Of a stretch of DNA of 64,000 bases, positions 11,891-23,490 are shown in pieces. The DNA is from Octopus vulgaris (Eukaryota): positions 93,062,001 through 93,126,000 of the forward strand of contig OX597821.1 of assembly GCA_951406725.2 (NCBI GenBank). The letters are read 5' to 3'. The translations under genes were made by a program, and so were the position numbers. Position 1 is the first letter of the stretch. Each line of letters starts with the position of its first letter. A model generated the notes under the pieces. It ran no database searches. It saw nothing but the letters and a program-made list of their open reading frames with translations, and was not told where the DNA came from.

Positions 11891-13060
11891 ATGTCAGATA
11901 CCTACGGATCGAAACTGAGATCTGCAAGAAGGGCTTCTCATCAAGATGATGGTCCTACCAATAGTCAGCTCAACGGGCAGTTGCTGTTGCTCAAACAAGA
12001 GGTCGAGCACCTAAAGTCTGTTGTTGCTCTCTTACTGAATAAACAGTCTCCTGTTGACGCAGAGTCACCCTTGATTTCTTCCCTGGAGACGTCCAAACCG
12101 AAGGGAACAAAATCGAAGCAGCCAAAGAAGGCGAAGGAACCGGCGGTCGTTTCTGCACATGATCGTTCCTGTGCGGATTCTTCCTCATCTGCCTTTTCGG
12201 TCCCGGAGGTTCCCCAACCTAATTTGAGGAGCGTAGACTCAAACCCTCCTGAAGACCGTTGTTCTCCCCAAAAGAAGAAACGTAGTCAAAACTCCAGAGG
12301 GGCAGATTTGGCTATGAAACCTGATCACGATAAAATCCGTTTGGATTCTCCCTCACCTGTCCTTCCCATTAATGCCATTGCTCAACCAATTCTGAACGAT
12401 CTCGATGTGAGTTCATCTGGGGAGTGGCGCTCCTCCAAACCGAAGAAGAGGCAGTGCAGTTCCAAACCAGGCGGGAAAATTATGACCACTAAACCCATTC
12501 CGATCGACCCCACAGGCCGACATAAGTCCGATGGCTATGAAACCACCCTTTCGAAATCCTCCAATGAAGAATCGAATACCACAGCTCATAGTAGAGAACA
12601 TTTTGCCCACTCAAGATCAGCAATAATTTACGGTAAAGCTGAATCCACCCGTGATACAGGCATAAACCGCCTAAAAGATGACATTAATTTTGTTTCCATT
12701 TTGGTTGGAGAATTGTTCTCTGTGAACGAAAAGGTCAGTGTCCTTAAGGTCGCTCGGCTAGGAAGATTCCAAGCGAACCCAACCGCAGATACTAGACCAC
12801 GCCCAATAAGGGTAATCTTTTCTTCTGATCGGGAGGCTTCAGTCTTTCTGAACAGAGCTCAGACGCATGCCTGGGAGGACCCCAATATGGGTTTTCGCGA
12901 GGAATACTCACTAAGAGAGAGAATTCGCCGGAGAAACCTGATATCCGAACTAAAGATGAGGAAACAAATGGGAGAGAAGGGTTTACGAATCCAAGATGGA
13001 CAGATAATCAAGTCCTACCTCTGGTCCCATGCTGTAGTGCTGACAGGGAAAGTGATGTGA
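11891..13060 (+). CDS. LINE ORF1 protein (389 aa from first ATG)
   Basis: Open frame; N-terminal coiled-coil (LLLLKQEVEHLKSVVALLL), disordered middle, C-terminal RRM/CTD-like region (SAIIYGKAES, VARLGR, RPRPIRVIF, SLRERIRRRNLISELK) typical of CR1/L2 ORF1. Confidence 0.85.
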   Translation: MSDTYGSKLRSARRASHQDDGPTNSQLNGQLLLLKQEVEHLKSVVALLLNKQSPVDAESPLISSLETSKPKGTKSKQPKKAKEPAVVSAHDRSCADSSSSAFSVPEVPQPNLRSVDSNPPEDRCSPQKKKRSQNSRGADLAMKPDHDKIRLDSPSPVLPINAIAQPILNDLDVSSSGEWRSSKPKKRQCSSKPGGKIMTTKPIPIDPTGRHKSDGYETTLSKSSNEESNTTAHSREHFAHSRSAIIYGKAESTRDTGINRLKDDINFVSILVGELFSVNEKVSVLKVARLGRFQANPTADTRPRPIRVIFSSDREASVFLNRAQTHAWEDPNMGFREEYSLRERIRRRNLISELKMRKQMGEKGLRIQDGQIIKSYLWSHAVVLTGKVM

Positions 13061-15946
13061 GGGCAAATCGAAGTGAAGTTGATACCCCCGTCAACGATGC
13101 TATCTCTGATACCCCTTATTCTGCTTGTTCCCCAACTCCCGCCCCTCAGACTTCACAGCTCAGCATCGTCTACACCAACTCGTGCTCCTTATTCCCAAAG
13201 TTCAGTGAACTATTTACACTGGCCATACGTGACTCCCCTGATGTGATAGCTATCACCGAGACTTGGCTGACTCCAGCAGTAAAGGACTCAGAAATCCACC
13301 TGCAGGGCTACGTCCTTTTCAGATGTGACAGAGGAAAAAGGCGAGGTGGAGGTGTTGCTGTGTATGTTAAGTCTGAGCACAAACCGTCCAGCGGTATTCT
13401 ACCCACTAATGCTCAGCCTACAACAAAATTCGATGCCGTCTATTGCAAGCTGAGCCTATCTGAGTTTTGCCTGCCCGTGTTGGCTGTCTACAGGCCGCCT
13501 CTTGCCGACCCCCAGGACGATGCTCATTTACTCGAAGCGATAAGATTCGTTTCAGCTTCGCATGACTGTTTGGTACTAGGAGACTTCAACGCTCCCACGA
13601 TCGATTGGCCCGCATCAATTTGTACAACATCTTCCCGGTTCGGCCAGGCCCTTCTTGACGTGGCTGAAGATTGTTTTCTATCGCAACATGTTGAATATCC
13701 GACAAGGCATCGGTCTGGGCAGCAGCCATCTATGCTAGATCTGGTATTCTCCCGCTATCCAAGATCAGTGTCAGACGTATCTGTGTGCGCCCCTCTTGCC
13801 AAGAGTGATCATGCGGTCCTGAAGTTCGTCATGCACACAACTTTTTCTACGCCCACGACTACTTCGCTGCCACGTAGAGTCTTCTCTGCAATTAATCTTG
13901 AAATTCTAACCGAGGCTTCCGCGCTTCTGGACTGGCGATCCCTGATGACGTTGTCCTCAGTTGACGAACTATGGTCATCCCTCAAAGCATATGTAATCTG
14001 TTTGACTGACCAGGCAGTTCCCGTTGGGCTTCCCAAGAGGAAGAAACACAAGCCCTGGGTGACGAAGAAGGTTAAACGAGAACGTCGACTCAGAGATATT
14101 GCTTGGGCTGAATTCAAAAATCTGGATTCGACTGCAGCTTTTGAGGTGTACAAAACTCAACGAGACCGAGCCGTGAAAATCGAAAAGAAAGAACGCTTCA
14201 GTTATGAATACAAAATTGCAGCAAATGCCAGTAGCAATCCAAAAACCTTCTTTGCCCATGTCCAGCGGAATTCCCGCTTGAACAACCAGATTGCAACGTT
14301 GGTAGACTCAACAGGCGTATCGATTGAGGACCCTTATCAACAGAATCAATTATTTGCCGAGGCTTTTTCAACTATTTTCAAACAAGATGATGGTCGTGAA
14401 CCCCCTCCATTTGATAGATCGGTACCTCCAATGCTTCGATTGGTCATCACGCGGGACGAAGTCAAACGTGTTATTCAAGGCCTCGATGTCAACAAGGGTC
14501 ACGGCCCTGACGGCATACACCCACGGGTTATCAAAGCGTTGGCTCCGGTCATCTGCGATCCCTTAACACGACTATTCAATATGTCATTGGCGACGGGTGT
14601 TATACCTGCAGACTGGAGAACAGCGATAATCTGCCCAATTTTCAAGAAAGGGAGCCGCGAAGACCCGCTTAACTACCGACCGGTTTCCCTTACATCAATA
14701 ATCAGCAAGATGTTCGAAACCATCCTTAAGAAAAGTATGATGCTCCACCTCCTAAACACAGCCTCTATCTCTGATTCCCAACACGGCTTCGTGCCAAAGA
14801 GATCATGCTTGACCAACTTACTAGTAATGGAAGAATTGGTGACGCGCATCCTCGATGATAGTGATGCTGTTGACATCGTTTTACTGGACTTTGCCAAAGC
14901 TTTTGACTCGGTAAACCACCGCCTATTACTTGTCAAGCTTCAAGCATATAGTTTCCATCCGGATATTGTACGATGGGTTGGTGCCTTCCTCTCAGATCGC
15001 TCCTTCCAAGTCCAAGTTAATGGTTCGCGGTCCGACGTCTCCAGTGCGAGCAGTGGCGTGCCTCAAGGTTCAGTGCTTGGGCCCTTGTTGTTCTTAGTCT
15101 TCATAAATGACTTGCCCGACGACCTCACGCAACACACCCTTCTATTTGCCGACGATATCAAACTGGTCGCTCCTCGCGGTAATATAGAGGATCTTCGTCG
15201 ATGCCTCCACCAAATTTGGAAGTGGTCTAACGATTGGGACCTGTGTCTGAACGTGTCAAAGTGCTGTCATCTGCCTGTCGGCTCTACTCCTGCAACTCAA
15301 CTTGATTTCGAGCCGGGTCGTCTGCTGCTGGAGAGGACCGATCAGGTAAAGGACCTAGGTATCTTGGTGGATTCCTCCTTTTCGCCTTCGGCCCAGTGCG
15401 TCCATGCTGCCAACAAAGCACGCGGAATTCTGTTCTTGATTCGACGGTCATTCGGAATGCTCACAGCAGCCATATTCCTACCACTCTATGTCACGCTGGT
15501 GAGACCCATATTGGAGTATGGGATTCAAGCCTCTTCTCCTTATCTCCTCAAAGACATACAGCATCTCGAAAGAGTCCAGAAGCTGGCTACCCGCATGGTT
15601 CATGGTCTCAAAAATTTGTCCTACGAAGAAAGGCTGAGGACGCTCGACCTTTATTCTCTTGAAAAACGCCGCCGCCGTAGGTGATCTCATTCTCGCCCAC
15701 AACATCATAAGCGGAAAGTGTAACCTCTCGAAAGAACTGTTCTTCACTCCTGCTCCAGAGCGTCGGCTGCGGGGTCATTCCGAAAAGCTCTACTTGCGAC
15801 GTTTTCATCTCAATCGAAGGAGAGGAGCTTTCTCCGTCCGGGTTGCGGATCCGTGGAATAAGCTGCCAGACGAGATGGTGAAGATGCCGACGACCGCTTT
15901 GTTCAAAGCCTCCCTGGACCTCAAGTGGCCTGAACTCTTTACATGA
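13057..15946 (+). CDS. LINE ORF2: AP-like endonuclease plus reverse transcriptase, single +1 frameshift near 15679
   Basis: APE motifs AITETWL, GGGVAVYV, YRPP, GDFNAP, LDLVF, SDH; RT motifs NYRPVSLTS, QHGF, DFAKAFDSV, GVPQGSVLGP, FADD, KDLGI; removing A15679 restores LEKRRRRGDLI..LRGH..FSVRV..WNKLP..FKASLD; start codon uncertain. Confidence 0.93.
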
Positions 15947-16049
15947 ACACCACCCTGTACTTAATTCCATGTCCCCCTACATGGCCTTGCTATTTGCTTT
16001 TGAGCCAAATTAACTAACTAACTCATCTAATATAATAATTATGATGATG

Positions 16050-16117
<68 letters not shown>

Positions 16118-16313
16118 CAAAATGTGGATGATGAGGGTGGTTGTGTTCTGAGAGGAGGGGTTTGTCAGTTAAATCAATCCCAGCACTTGATGCCGGGAGA
16201 TTGAATGGCAAAGTTGACCTTGCCGACATTAGAACTCAGAACGTAAAGGGCTCTGTCTTAATATTGCAATGTATGTTGTTCGATACTTCAACGATTCATA
16301 TAATTTGCTGCTC

Positions 16314-16355
<42 letters not shown>

Positions 16356-16484
16356 TTAATAATGGTTTCAAACTGTAAAAATACTGAGTTATCTAACAAT
16401 AAGAATATCGACAACATCAACAACAACAACAATAAAAAAAAAAAGAATTTGATGAGAAATTAAGATAACGATGACGATAACGAG

Positions 16485-16800
16485 GAGAGAGGAGGAGAAG
16501 AGGGGAGGAGGCGGAAGAAGAAAAAGAAAAAGAAGAATAGGAAGAAGAAGAAGTAGAAGAAGAAGAAGAAGAAGAAGAAGAAGAAGAAGAAGAAGAAGGA
16601 GAAAAAGAAGAAAACGAAGAAGAAGGAGAAAAAGAAGAAGAAGAAGAAGAAGAAGAAGAAGGAGAAAAAGAAGAAAACGAAGAAGAAGTAGAAAAAGAAG
16701 AAGAAGGAGAAAAAGAAGAAGAAGAAAAAGAAGAAGAAGAAGAAGAAGAAGAAGAAGAAGAAGAAGAAGAAGAAGAAGAAGAAGAAGAAGAAGAAGAAGA
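16485..16800. repeat. (GAA)n polypurine tract
   Basis: ~300 bp almost purely A/G. Confidence 0.97.
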
Positions 16801-18001
16801 TTATGATGTCATTACATTAAGTTCCTCATTCCCATCACTAAACCATCTTTAAAACCATCCAGCCTCACTGTGACAAAAAACTCATCCGCAATTCTTATTG
16901 TGATTTCTGTAATAAGTGGTAAAGTTTGAAATTATAAATATTGGATGTGGCATTACAGACTGATGGAAAAAATAAATAATAATAATACCAAAAACAAACA
17001 ACAGCAGCAGCAACAACAACAACAACCACCCATACCTTCCTATCTATACCTTGTTATTATTGACACACACACCAACATTATTCATACTTTTACATTTAAT
17101 GATTTTATTTTATTGCTCTCCTGCTTATGGAGTTATTTCTAGTGTTTGTAGATTATTTCTCCCTCCTACTTCAACTTGCATTGATTTCAGTTCAGGAGAG
17201 CTTCACATTCATGCGCTTGTTTGTTTATAATTGGGAATTTTTTATTTATTTATTTATTTATGTGCGTAAGTACTTTTTTATTTTAATTTATATTTAATTT
17301 TTTTTTTTTCGTGAAGAAGAAGGGGGGAAAATTTTGTCAATTTGCTTTTTGGTTTGTTGTCTGTTTTTATTTTTATTTTTATTTTACTTATTTATTTTTT
17401 TTTTTTTTGTTCAAATTTTTAAAAAAATATTTTTCTTTATTTCACACCTTTGAATTATCTTTTCGATATAATTTTTACAATTTTGCAAAAGCTGGGTGGG
17501 ATGTGAATAAAGTTTAGATTCTGCTGTTTTTTTTTTCTTGCTATTGCAGTTGTCATTCTTCAAAAAATTTTAAAAACGATTATGTGTGTGTGTATGTGTG
17601 TGTGTATGTGTGTGTGTATGTGTGTGTGTGTGTGTGTGTTCTTTTCTGTATGCGTATGTATGTACGTGCGTTTGTGCGAGCGCGTGTGCGTTGTGTGCAT
17701 TGATAAAATAGACATCATAAATAAAATAAACTGTTGCGGCATGATTTTTCTAGTAATTATCATCTTATTGTATTGGGCATTGCAATGTGCCTTTACACGT
17801 ATACAGTTATCATAGAAACATATATGCATTTACGACAGACATGCACACTCACACGCACATGTATGTGTGTATATATTCCTATCCATACATCAATGTATAT
17901 ATATATATATGTTTGTGCTTGTGTGCGTGTTCAAAAAATGAACGCGCATATTCTTACATGCACATATCCCCTTCGCGTATATAGAGATAGATTGATGAAT
18001 T

Positions 18002-18336
18002 GAGGCGTGGCTATCTGGTAACAAGCTTCCTTCCCAATCACATGGTTCCGCGTTCAGTCTCAATGCGTGGCACCTTGGGCAAGTGTTTTCTATTATAGCC
18101 TCGGGCCGACCAAAACCTTGAGAGTGCATTTGGTAGAGGGAAGCTGAAAAAATGTGTATATATATGTGTTACTTTGTGCTTGTGTTTGTCCTCCCACCCG
18201 CTTGACAACTGACGTTGGTGTGCTTATGTACCCGTAACTTAGCGGTTCGTCCTGGGATCGATTTGTTTGACCAAAACCCTTCAAGGCCGAGCCCCAACAT
18301 GGCCGAAGTCAAATGACTGAAACAACCAAAAGAAAA
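18002..18336 (+). mobile_element. SINE family B, older copy
   Basis: Diverged match to 44963-45384. Confidence 0.82.
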
Positions 18337-18694
18337 GCCATGTGAAAGCTTTTGAGTATATTTGAATGCATGTGTATGTGATTGTACATATGTATTTTTT
18401 CACTCTCTCGCTATCACTCTCTTTCTTTCTCTCTCCTCCCTCTCTCTATATCACTCTGCTTCTATCTCTCTCCTCTCTCTCTATCTCTCTTTCACTCTCT
18501 CCTCTCTCTCTCTTTTTCTCTCTCACACTCACTGACATGTTTCAGTGTGTGTGTATGATAGAGATGAATTGCATCTACAAGGAGAAAAAACTGCGTGCAA
18601 AGTGGATACCGCGGTAGTTGATACACGATTTGAAGGGGAGATGTATGGAAGCCTGTTCTGATCTTTTGGAAGTTTGAAGCGAATCTTTTATAGT

Positions 18695-19098
18695 CTTATT
18701 TTTACTTGCTTTAGTTATTAGATTTCGGCCATGCTGGGGTACCAACTTGAAAACATTTTATGGAACGAATCGAGCCCAGTACTTATTTTAAGTATGGTAC
18801 TTGTTCTATCGGCCTCTTTACCGAACCGCTATGGTAAGGGGACGTAAACAAACCATCACCGTTTGTCAAGTGGTGGTGGGGAACAAACACAAACACAAAG
18901 ACATACACATAATATATATATATATATATATATACGGCAGGCTTCTTTCAGTTTCAGTCTGCCAAATGCACTTACAAGTCTTCGGTCAGCCCGAGGCTAT
19001 AGTAGAAGACACCAACCCAAGGTGCCACCCAGTGGGACTGAACCCGGAACCATGTGGTTGGGAAGTTAACTTCTTACCATACGGCCATGCCCGCGCCT
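18695..19098 (-). mobile_element. SINE family B, older copy
   Basis: Diverged reverse-complement match to 44963-45384. Confidence 0.82.
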
Positions 19099-19126
19099 AT
19101 AAAAACATTTGTGTTATCTTCTTTTC

Positions 19127-19265
19127 TTTTGCGATATGGTGACAGGGAATGAAACAAGGATGTATCTATATGATCTCCCAGAAAAAAAGGCCAATTCACA
19201 TGGAATGTCGCAAAGCCTTTTCTCCATGGCCCAAGAAACTCTAAGAGGTAACAACTGGCACAAAA
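19127..19265 (+). pseudogene. mariner transposase fragment (left arm of an inverted pair)
   Basis: Translates CDMVTGNETRMYLYDLPEKKANS, resembling mariner IVTGDETW.Y.YDPE.K.QS. Confidence 0.7.
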
Positions 19266-19770
19266 AGTCGAGGTGACTGATTTTCTGGAGATAGGGGTAG
19301 TGACAAAGGTGTCAATCGTCTCGATTTTCTGGAACTTGATTGTAACGTCTGTAGTGAGTGATACATTGAGATACTTAAGAGTCTTAGAGAAGCGTTAAAG
19401 AGAAAGAGATTCAATAAGAATTTGAAAATGATTCGCATTCACCATGGTAGTACATGACCACATACATCTATGACAACAAATCAGGCAATTGGCAAATTGG
19501 ATCTGCCTCTAACAACTTCCACCTTTGGTTCAATAAATAACAGTCTTTGGGGGCCAACAATTTGGTGACATAGATGAGTGTAAGGGGGCATTAATAAGTA
19601 TAACAGTGCACACTTGAATATTTTTGAAAAAGGATTCGCGTGTTAGGTTGGACGATGTTATAAATGCATCCATGAATCCTTGTGATAGAGCCTACGTTCA
19701 GTTATACTTTTGTATTGAAAATGAGTCACGTTAACAACACGTGCAGTTTGTATAACCGGTATCAGTTAAT

Positions 19771-20184
19771 AAGGCGGCGAGCTGGCAGAAACGTTAGCAC
19801 GCCGGGCGAAATACTTAGCGGTATTTCGTCTGCCGTTACGTTCTGAGTTCAAATTCCGCCGAGGTCGACTTTGCCTGTCATCCTTTCGGGGTCAATTAAA
19901 TAAGTACCAGTTACGCACTGGGGTCGATATAATCGACTTAATCCCTTTGTCCTTGTTTGTCCTCTCTTTGTTTAGCCCCTTGTGGGTAGTAAAGAAATAG
20001 GTATTTCGTCTGCCGTTACGTTCTGAGTTCAAATTCCGCCGAGGTCGACTTTGCCTTTCATCCTTTCGGGTCCGATTAAATAAGTACCAGTTACGCACTG
20101 GGGTCGATATAATCGACTTAATCCGTTTGTCTGTCCTTGCTTGTCCCCTCTGTGTGTAGCCCCTTGTGGGCAGTAAAGAAATAA
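19771..20184 (+). mobile_element. SINE family C dimer
   Basis: Head plus two near-identical ~180-bp bodies; TSD GTATCAGTTAATAA on both sides. Confidence 0.92.
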
Positions 20185-20374
20185 GTATCAGTTAATAAAA
20201 AAAGATATGGTCATCTTTACACTACTTGTGGTAGTGTTTGTGTGTGGATAAAGAGTTCGCCAAGAGGTTAAAAAATTTGCTTTAGATAACTTAGATAACT
20301 TAGATATGTTTCGACCAAAGATTGATAGGATTGTTCGAATCCTGTTTAAGTCAAGTTTTGTTTAAGTCAAGTTT

Positions 20375-20487
20375 TGTTCAAGTAGTGAGTTCTTGTTGGG
20401 TGAGTTGTATCCAATTATGGGTGACTTATCTGGTATTCTTTGAAGGAATCTATCCAGACTCCGTTTAAAGTTGATGGGATCCTTTAC
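20375..20487 (-). pseudogene. CR1/L2-group LINE extreme 3' coding fragment
   Basis: Translates KDPINFKRSLDRFLQRIPDKSPIIGYNSPNKNSLLE. Confidence 0.65.
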
Positions 20488-20879
20488 AACAATGAGATTG
20501 AGTCTGGAATCTCATGGTTGCAAAGTCCGGGTGCCACGCAGTGACATTCCGTTAAAGCGCACTTAAACATTGCCTCGAATCAGTCCAAGACGTGTGACTG
20601 AAATTGGTTAAAGAGAAACTGTGGAAACATTGTCATACCGATTCTTACAAATGTTTACGATAAAAGTACGCATAACAGTGGAATATTCAACCACCGTAAT
20701 TGAATGAGTAAGTTTTCCAGTTGACTGAAAACCTGAATATTCATTCAGTCAAATCGACATACGAGTATACACGCACATGCTCGCGCACACGTATATACAC
20801 ACTCTGTGTGCTTGTGTGTATGTATAAATGTACGTATATGCTGTGTGCATGTATATTTAGATGTGCGCTCAAACATGAA

Positions 20880-21630
20880 AATACCTTCGTACAGTTACTG
20901 TCTCGGAGAAAATTTTCTTATCGACAATGAGGAAAAAAGGAAACCGAATAGGTTATGAATGACGTCATCAGATTGTGGGGAACGCGTTTCTGCATCATTA
21001 TGCTTCATCAGCTGCACACACTGAATTAGTTGTTCATAGCTTAGTAAGAACGACCGTTCTTATATGTAAATAGTAAATAACTTTACTGGCATGTGCAAGG
21101 CTTTATGAAGCTAAAATTATTTAGTTAGAATTATATTAAGCAATGATAAATTTTGAAATAGCTGTGTATATTTATGTTTAATACGTATGGAGCACCTTCG
21201 CTGTTTTGAAGGAGAAATTCTCCTTGCAGAGAATGCGTATGAAAACACACCGAGCTGAGATATGAATGACGTCATCAAACTAGGACACGTGTTTCTGCGT
21301 TGTTAGGCGTCATCAACAACAGACCGAATTAGCTGTCTATTGCGCACAAAGAACCACTGGCATGTACAAGCATATTTTAGTGTACTTGAGAGCGTTAAAT
21401 ATCAATGTTCGAAGCTTTATTTTAATCATCACTGCTGGGTGCGCCTTTAATTAATTTCAGCTTGACAAAGCTTTGGAGACGCCAGCAAATTTATTAATTG
21501 TTGTTTTCATATGAGAACGTCGATCGTTAGTGCAAGGTATGTAGCTGATGTAACGCAATGACTCAGAAATACGGGTCCTAGAGTTCGATGACATCCTTTA
21601 TAGCTCTGATTGGGGTGTTTTCAAATACAG
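20880..21630. repeat. Diverged ~300-bp repeat, two direct copies and one inverted, with hammerhead-like cores
   Basis: ATGAATGACGTCATCA at 20955 and 21262; inverted homologue at ~21540-21630. Confidence 0.6.
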
Positions 21631-22259
21631 TGTTTACGAGTAGAATTTCTTATCGCAACGAACGTGTTTCCACGCTCGAGCTTTCACGAACGCGTTAAAT
21701 ATAAATCACCACAGATTTATATTATTAGTATGTAAGTAGTTGTGGGTATACTTTATGTTAATGGCTAAGAGCGATGTGGTTGCTTGTACGCATGTGTGTA
21801 TTTTTGCTTCAGGGTATGTTTTCGGGTATTGCTATAAAATTGATTGCTCAAATAAGTGAAAGTATGATAGAAATCTAGGGCGATACATTTGCTTGCATTA
21901 AAATGGATGTGTTTGTTAGTGTGAATGTGCATATTTTCTGTGCTGTTTATCATGTTAGAGTATCTTTTGATGTTCGTATATGTTAGGGCAGTTGTGTGAT
22001 TAATCGTTTCGGTTTATGTGTGTGCACGGTTTTATTCCTATAATAGTGCGTATGTGTGTATTTGCATGTGAGTGCGCATGTGCAGTTTGTCGTATCAGTT
22101 TAGATATATGTAAATGAGCGGATATGTAGAAGGCGTTAGTGTTTGTGCATGTTAATGCTATGTGTACCAGGTATCTGAGTGTAAAATTTATGGTGTTAAA
22201 AGCCCATGCGTATATAGATATGTGAATTTATGATCAAATATGTGTGATATATAGTGTTT

Positions 22260-22391
22260 ATATGCCAATTGTTGGCTCTTGAAGTTTCTTATGGAGAAAA
22301 GGTGTTACAACACACCATAGGAATGAGCCTTTCTTTCCGAAGGATCATAAAGATATGCCCTTCTTTCATTCCCTGTCACCATATCGCAAAA
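22260..22391 (-). pseudogene. mariner transposase fragment (right arm of the inverted pair)
   Basis: Translates CDMVTGNERRAYLYDPSERKAHS; reverse-complement homologue of 19127-19265. Confidence 0.7.
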
Positions 22392-22743
22392 AAAAAAAGG
22401 TTTATGCGCATGCGTAAATACGTGTGAGGTTGCATGTACTAGTAGGAGCTGCAGTGCTGTGTTGATTTTATGTGTTCGGGTGTTTAACTGAGTTTAGCTC
22501 GTACATGTGAGAAAAGTTGAACAATAGAATCAGGGCGCTCGTGAATAACCGACGATTGAGCTGGACTTGATCTGGACTTGATCTGTAGTGTGGCGTAAAC
22601 TGCAAGCATTGGCGTTGGCGTATCACTTAGTCGGTTAGCTGTATGTTTGTGTATGCGCATACGTGTATACCACTAATTTACGTGCACACGTGAACGTGTT
22701 CCGTTGCGCGTTGATGTATACAAGGTAACTATATGTAATAGGT

Positions 22744-23084
22744 AGGTGCATGGATCAGTAGCTAGAGCGTAGGGCTTACAATCATGAAGTAGAGAGTTCG
22801 AATCTCGGACCGGGCAGTGTGTTGTGTTATTGAGCAAGACACTTTATTTCACGTTGCTCCAGTTTACTCAGCTCCAGAAATGAGTTGCGATGTCACTGGT
22901 ACCCAGCTGTGTCGGTCTTTCCCTGTCCCTTGAATAACATCGGTGGCATGAAGAGGAGAGACTGGTATGCATGGGTAACGGCTGGTCTTCCATAAACAAC
23001 CTTGCCCGCACTTGTGTCTCGGAGGGGAACTTTCTTGGTGCAAACCCATGGTCATTCATGACCGAAGTGGGGTCTTTACCCTTT
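22744..23084 (+). mobile_element. tRNA-derived CORE-like SINE with a distinct tail
   Basis: B-box GAGTTCGAATC; core GTTGTGTTATTGAGCAAGACACTTTATTTCAC..ACTCAGCT..AAATGAGT. Confidence 0.75.
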
Positions 23085-23380
23085 ATACAAGTGGCTATGA
23101 ATTTGAGACTGGGTGTACATAGATATACGTGTAGTGTAGACACATCTATGATTTTGTGTTGCATTGTAAACATGCAAGTATCTATGGATGCTGCGATGAG
23201 TACATATGGTTAAAAAGATGCACACTGTCTGGGATGGCAGCTGGGAAAGGTCTTCAGTGTCCAGTGTCAAGGAGCGGTGATGAGTTCGGACATTTTGCCA
23301 CTTAGTTGTTCTCAAACGAACAATGTATATAGCTTTTCCCTGCATACATTTTTATACATGTATATGAATATGCTCTCCCG

Positions 23381-23444
<64 letters not shown>

Positions 23445-23459
23445 TATATATATATATCA

Positions 23460-23485
<26 letters not shown>

Positions 23486-23490
<5 letters not shown>

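Larger units (their letters stand above)
11621..16023 (+). mobile_element. Near full-length CR1-group non-LTR retrotransposon
   Basis: 5' UTR, ORF1, APE-RT ORF2, short 3' UTR and (TAAC)n tail at 16011-16023; visibly GC-richer than flanks; 5' boundary approximate and no clear TSD. Confidence 0.93.

Noticed and set aside
13046-13052. GGGAAAG as a slippery site just before the ORF1 stop
   Set aside because: Not in X XXY YYZ phase with ORF1 (it reads ACA GGG AAA GTG)
11991-15970. Antisense and alternate-frame ORFs within the LINE
   Set aside because: Expected shadows of a GC-rich coding region; only 15659-15946 is meaningful, as the frameshifted ORF2 C-terminus
16011-16023. Telomere-like repeat (TAAC)n
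   Set aside because: Only about three units at the LINE 3' end, consistent with CR1-type tandem tails
16471-16806. Arg/Lys-rich protamine-like ORF
   Set aside because: It is the translation of a (GAA)n microsatellite; no independent evidence of a gene
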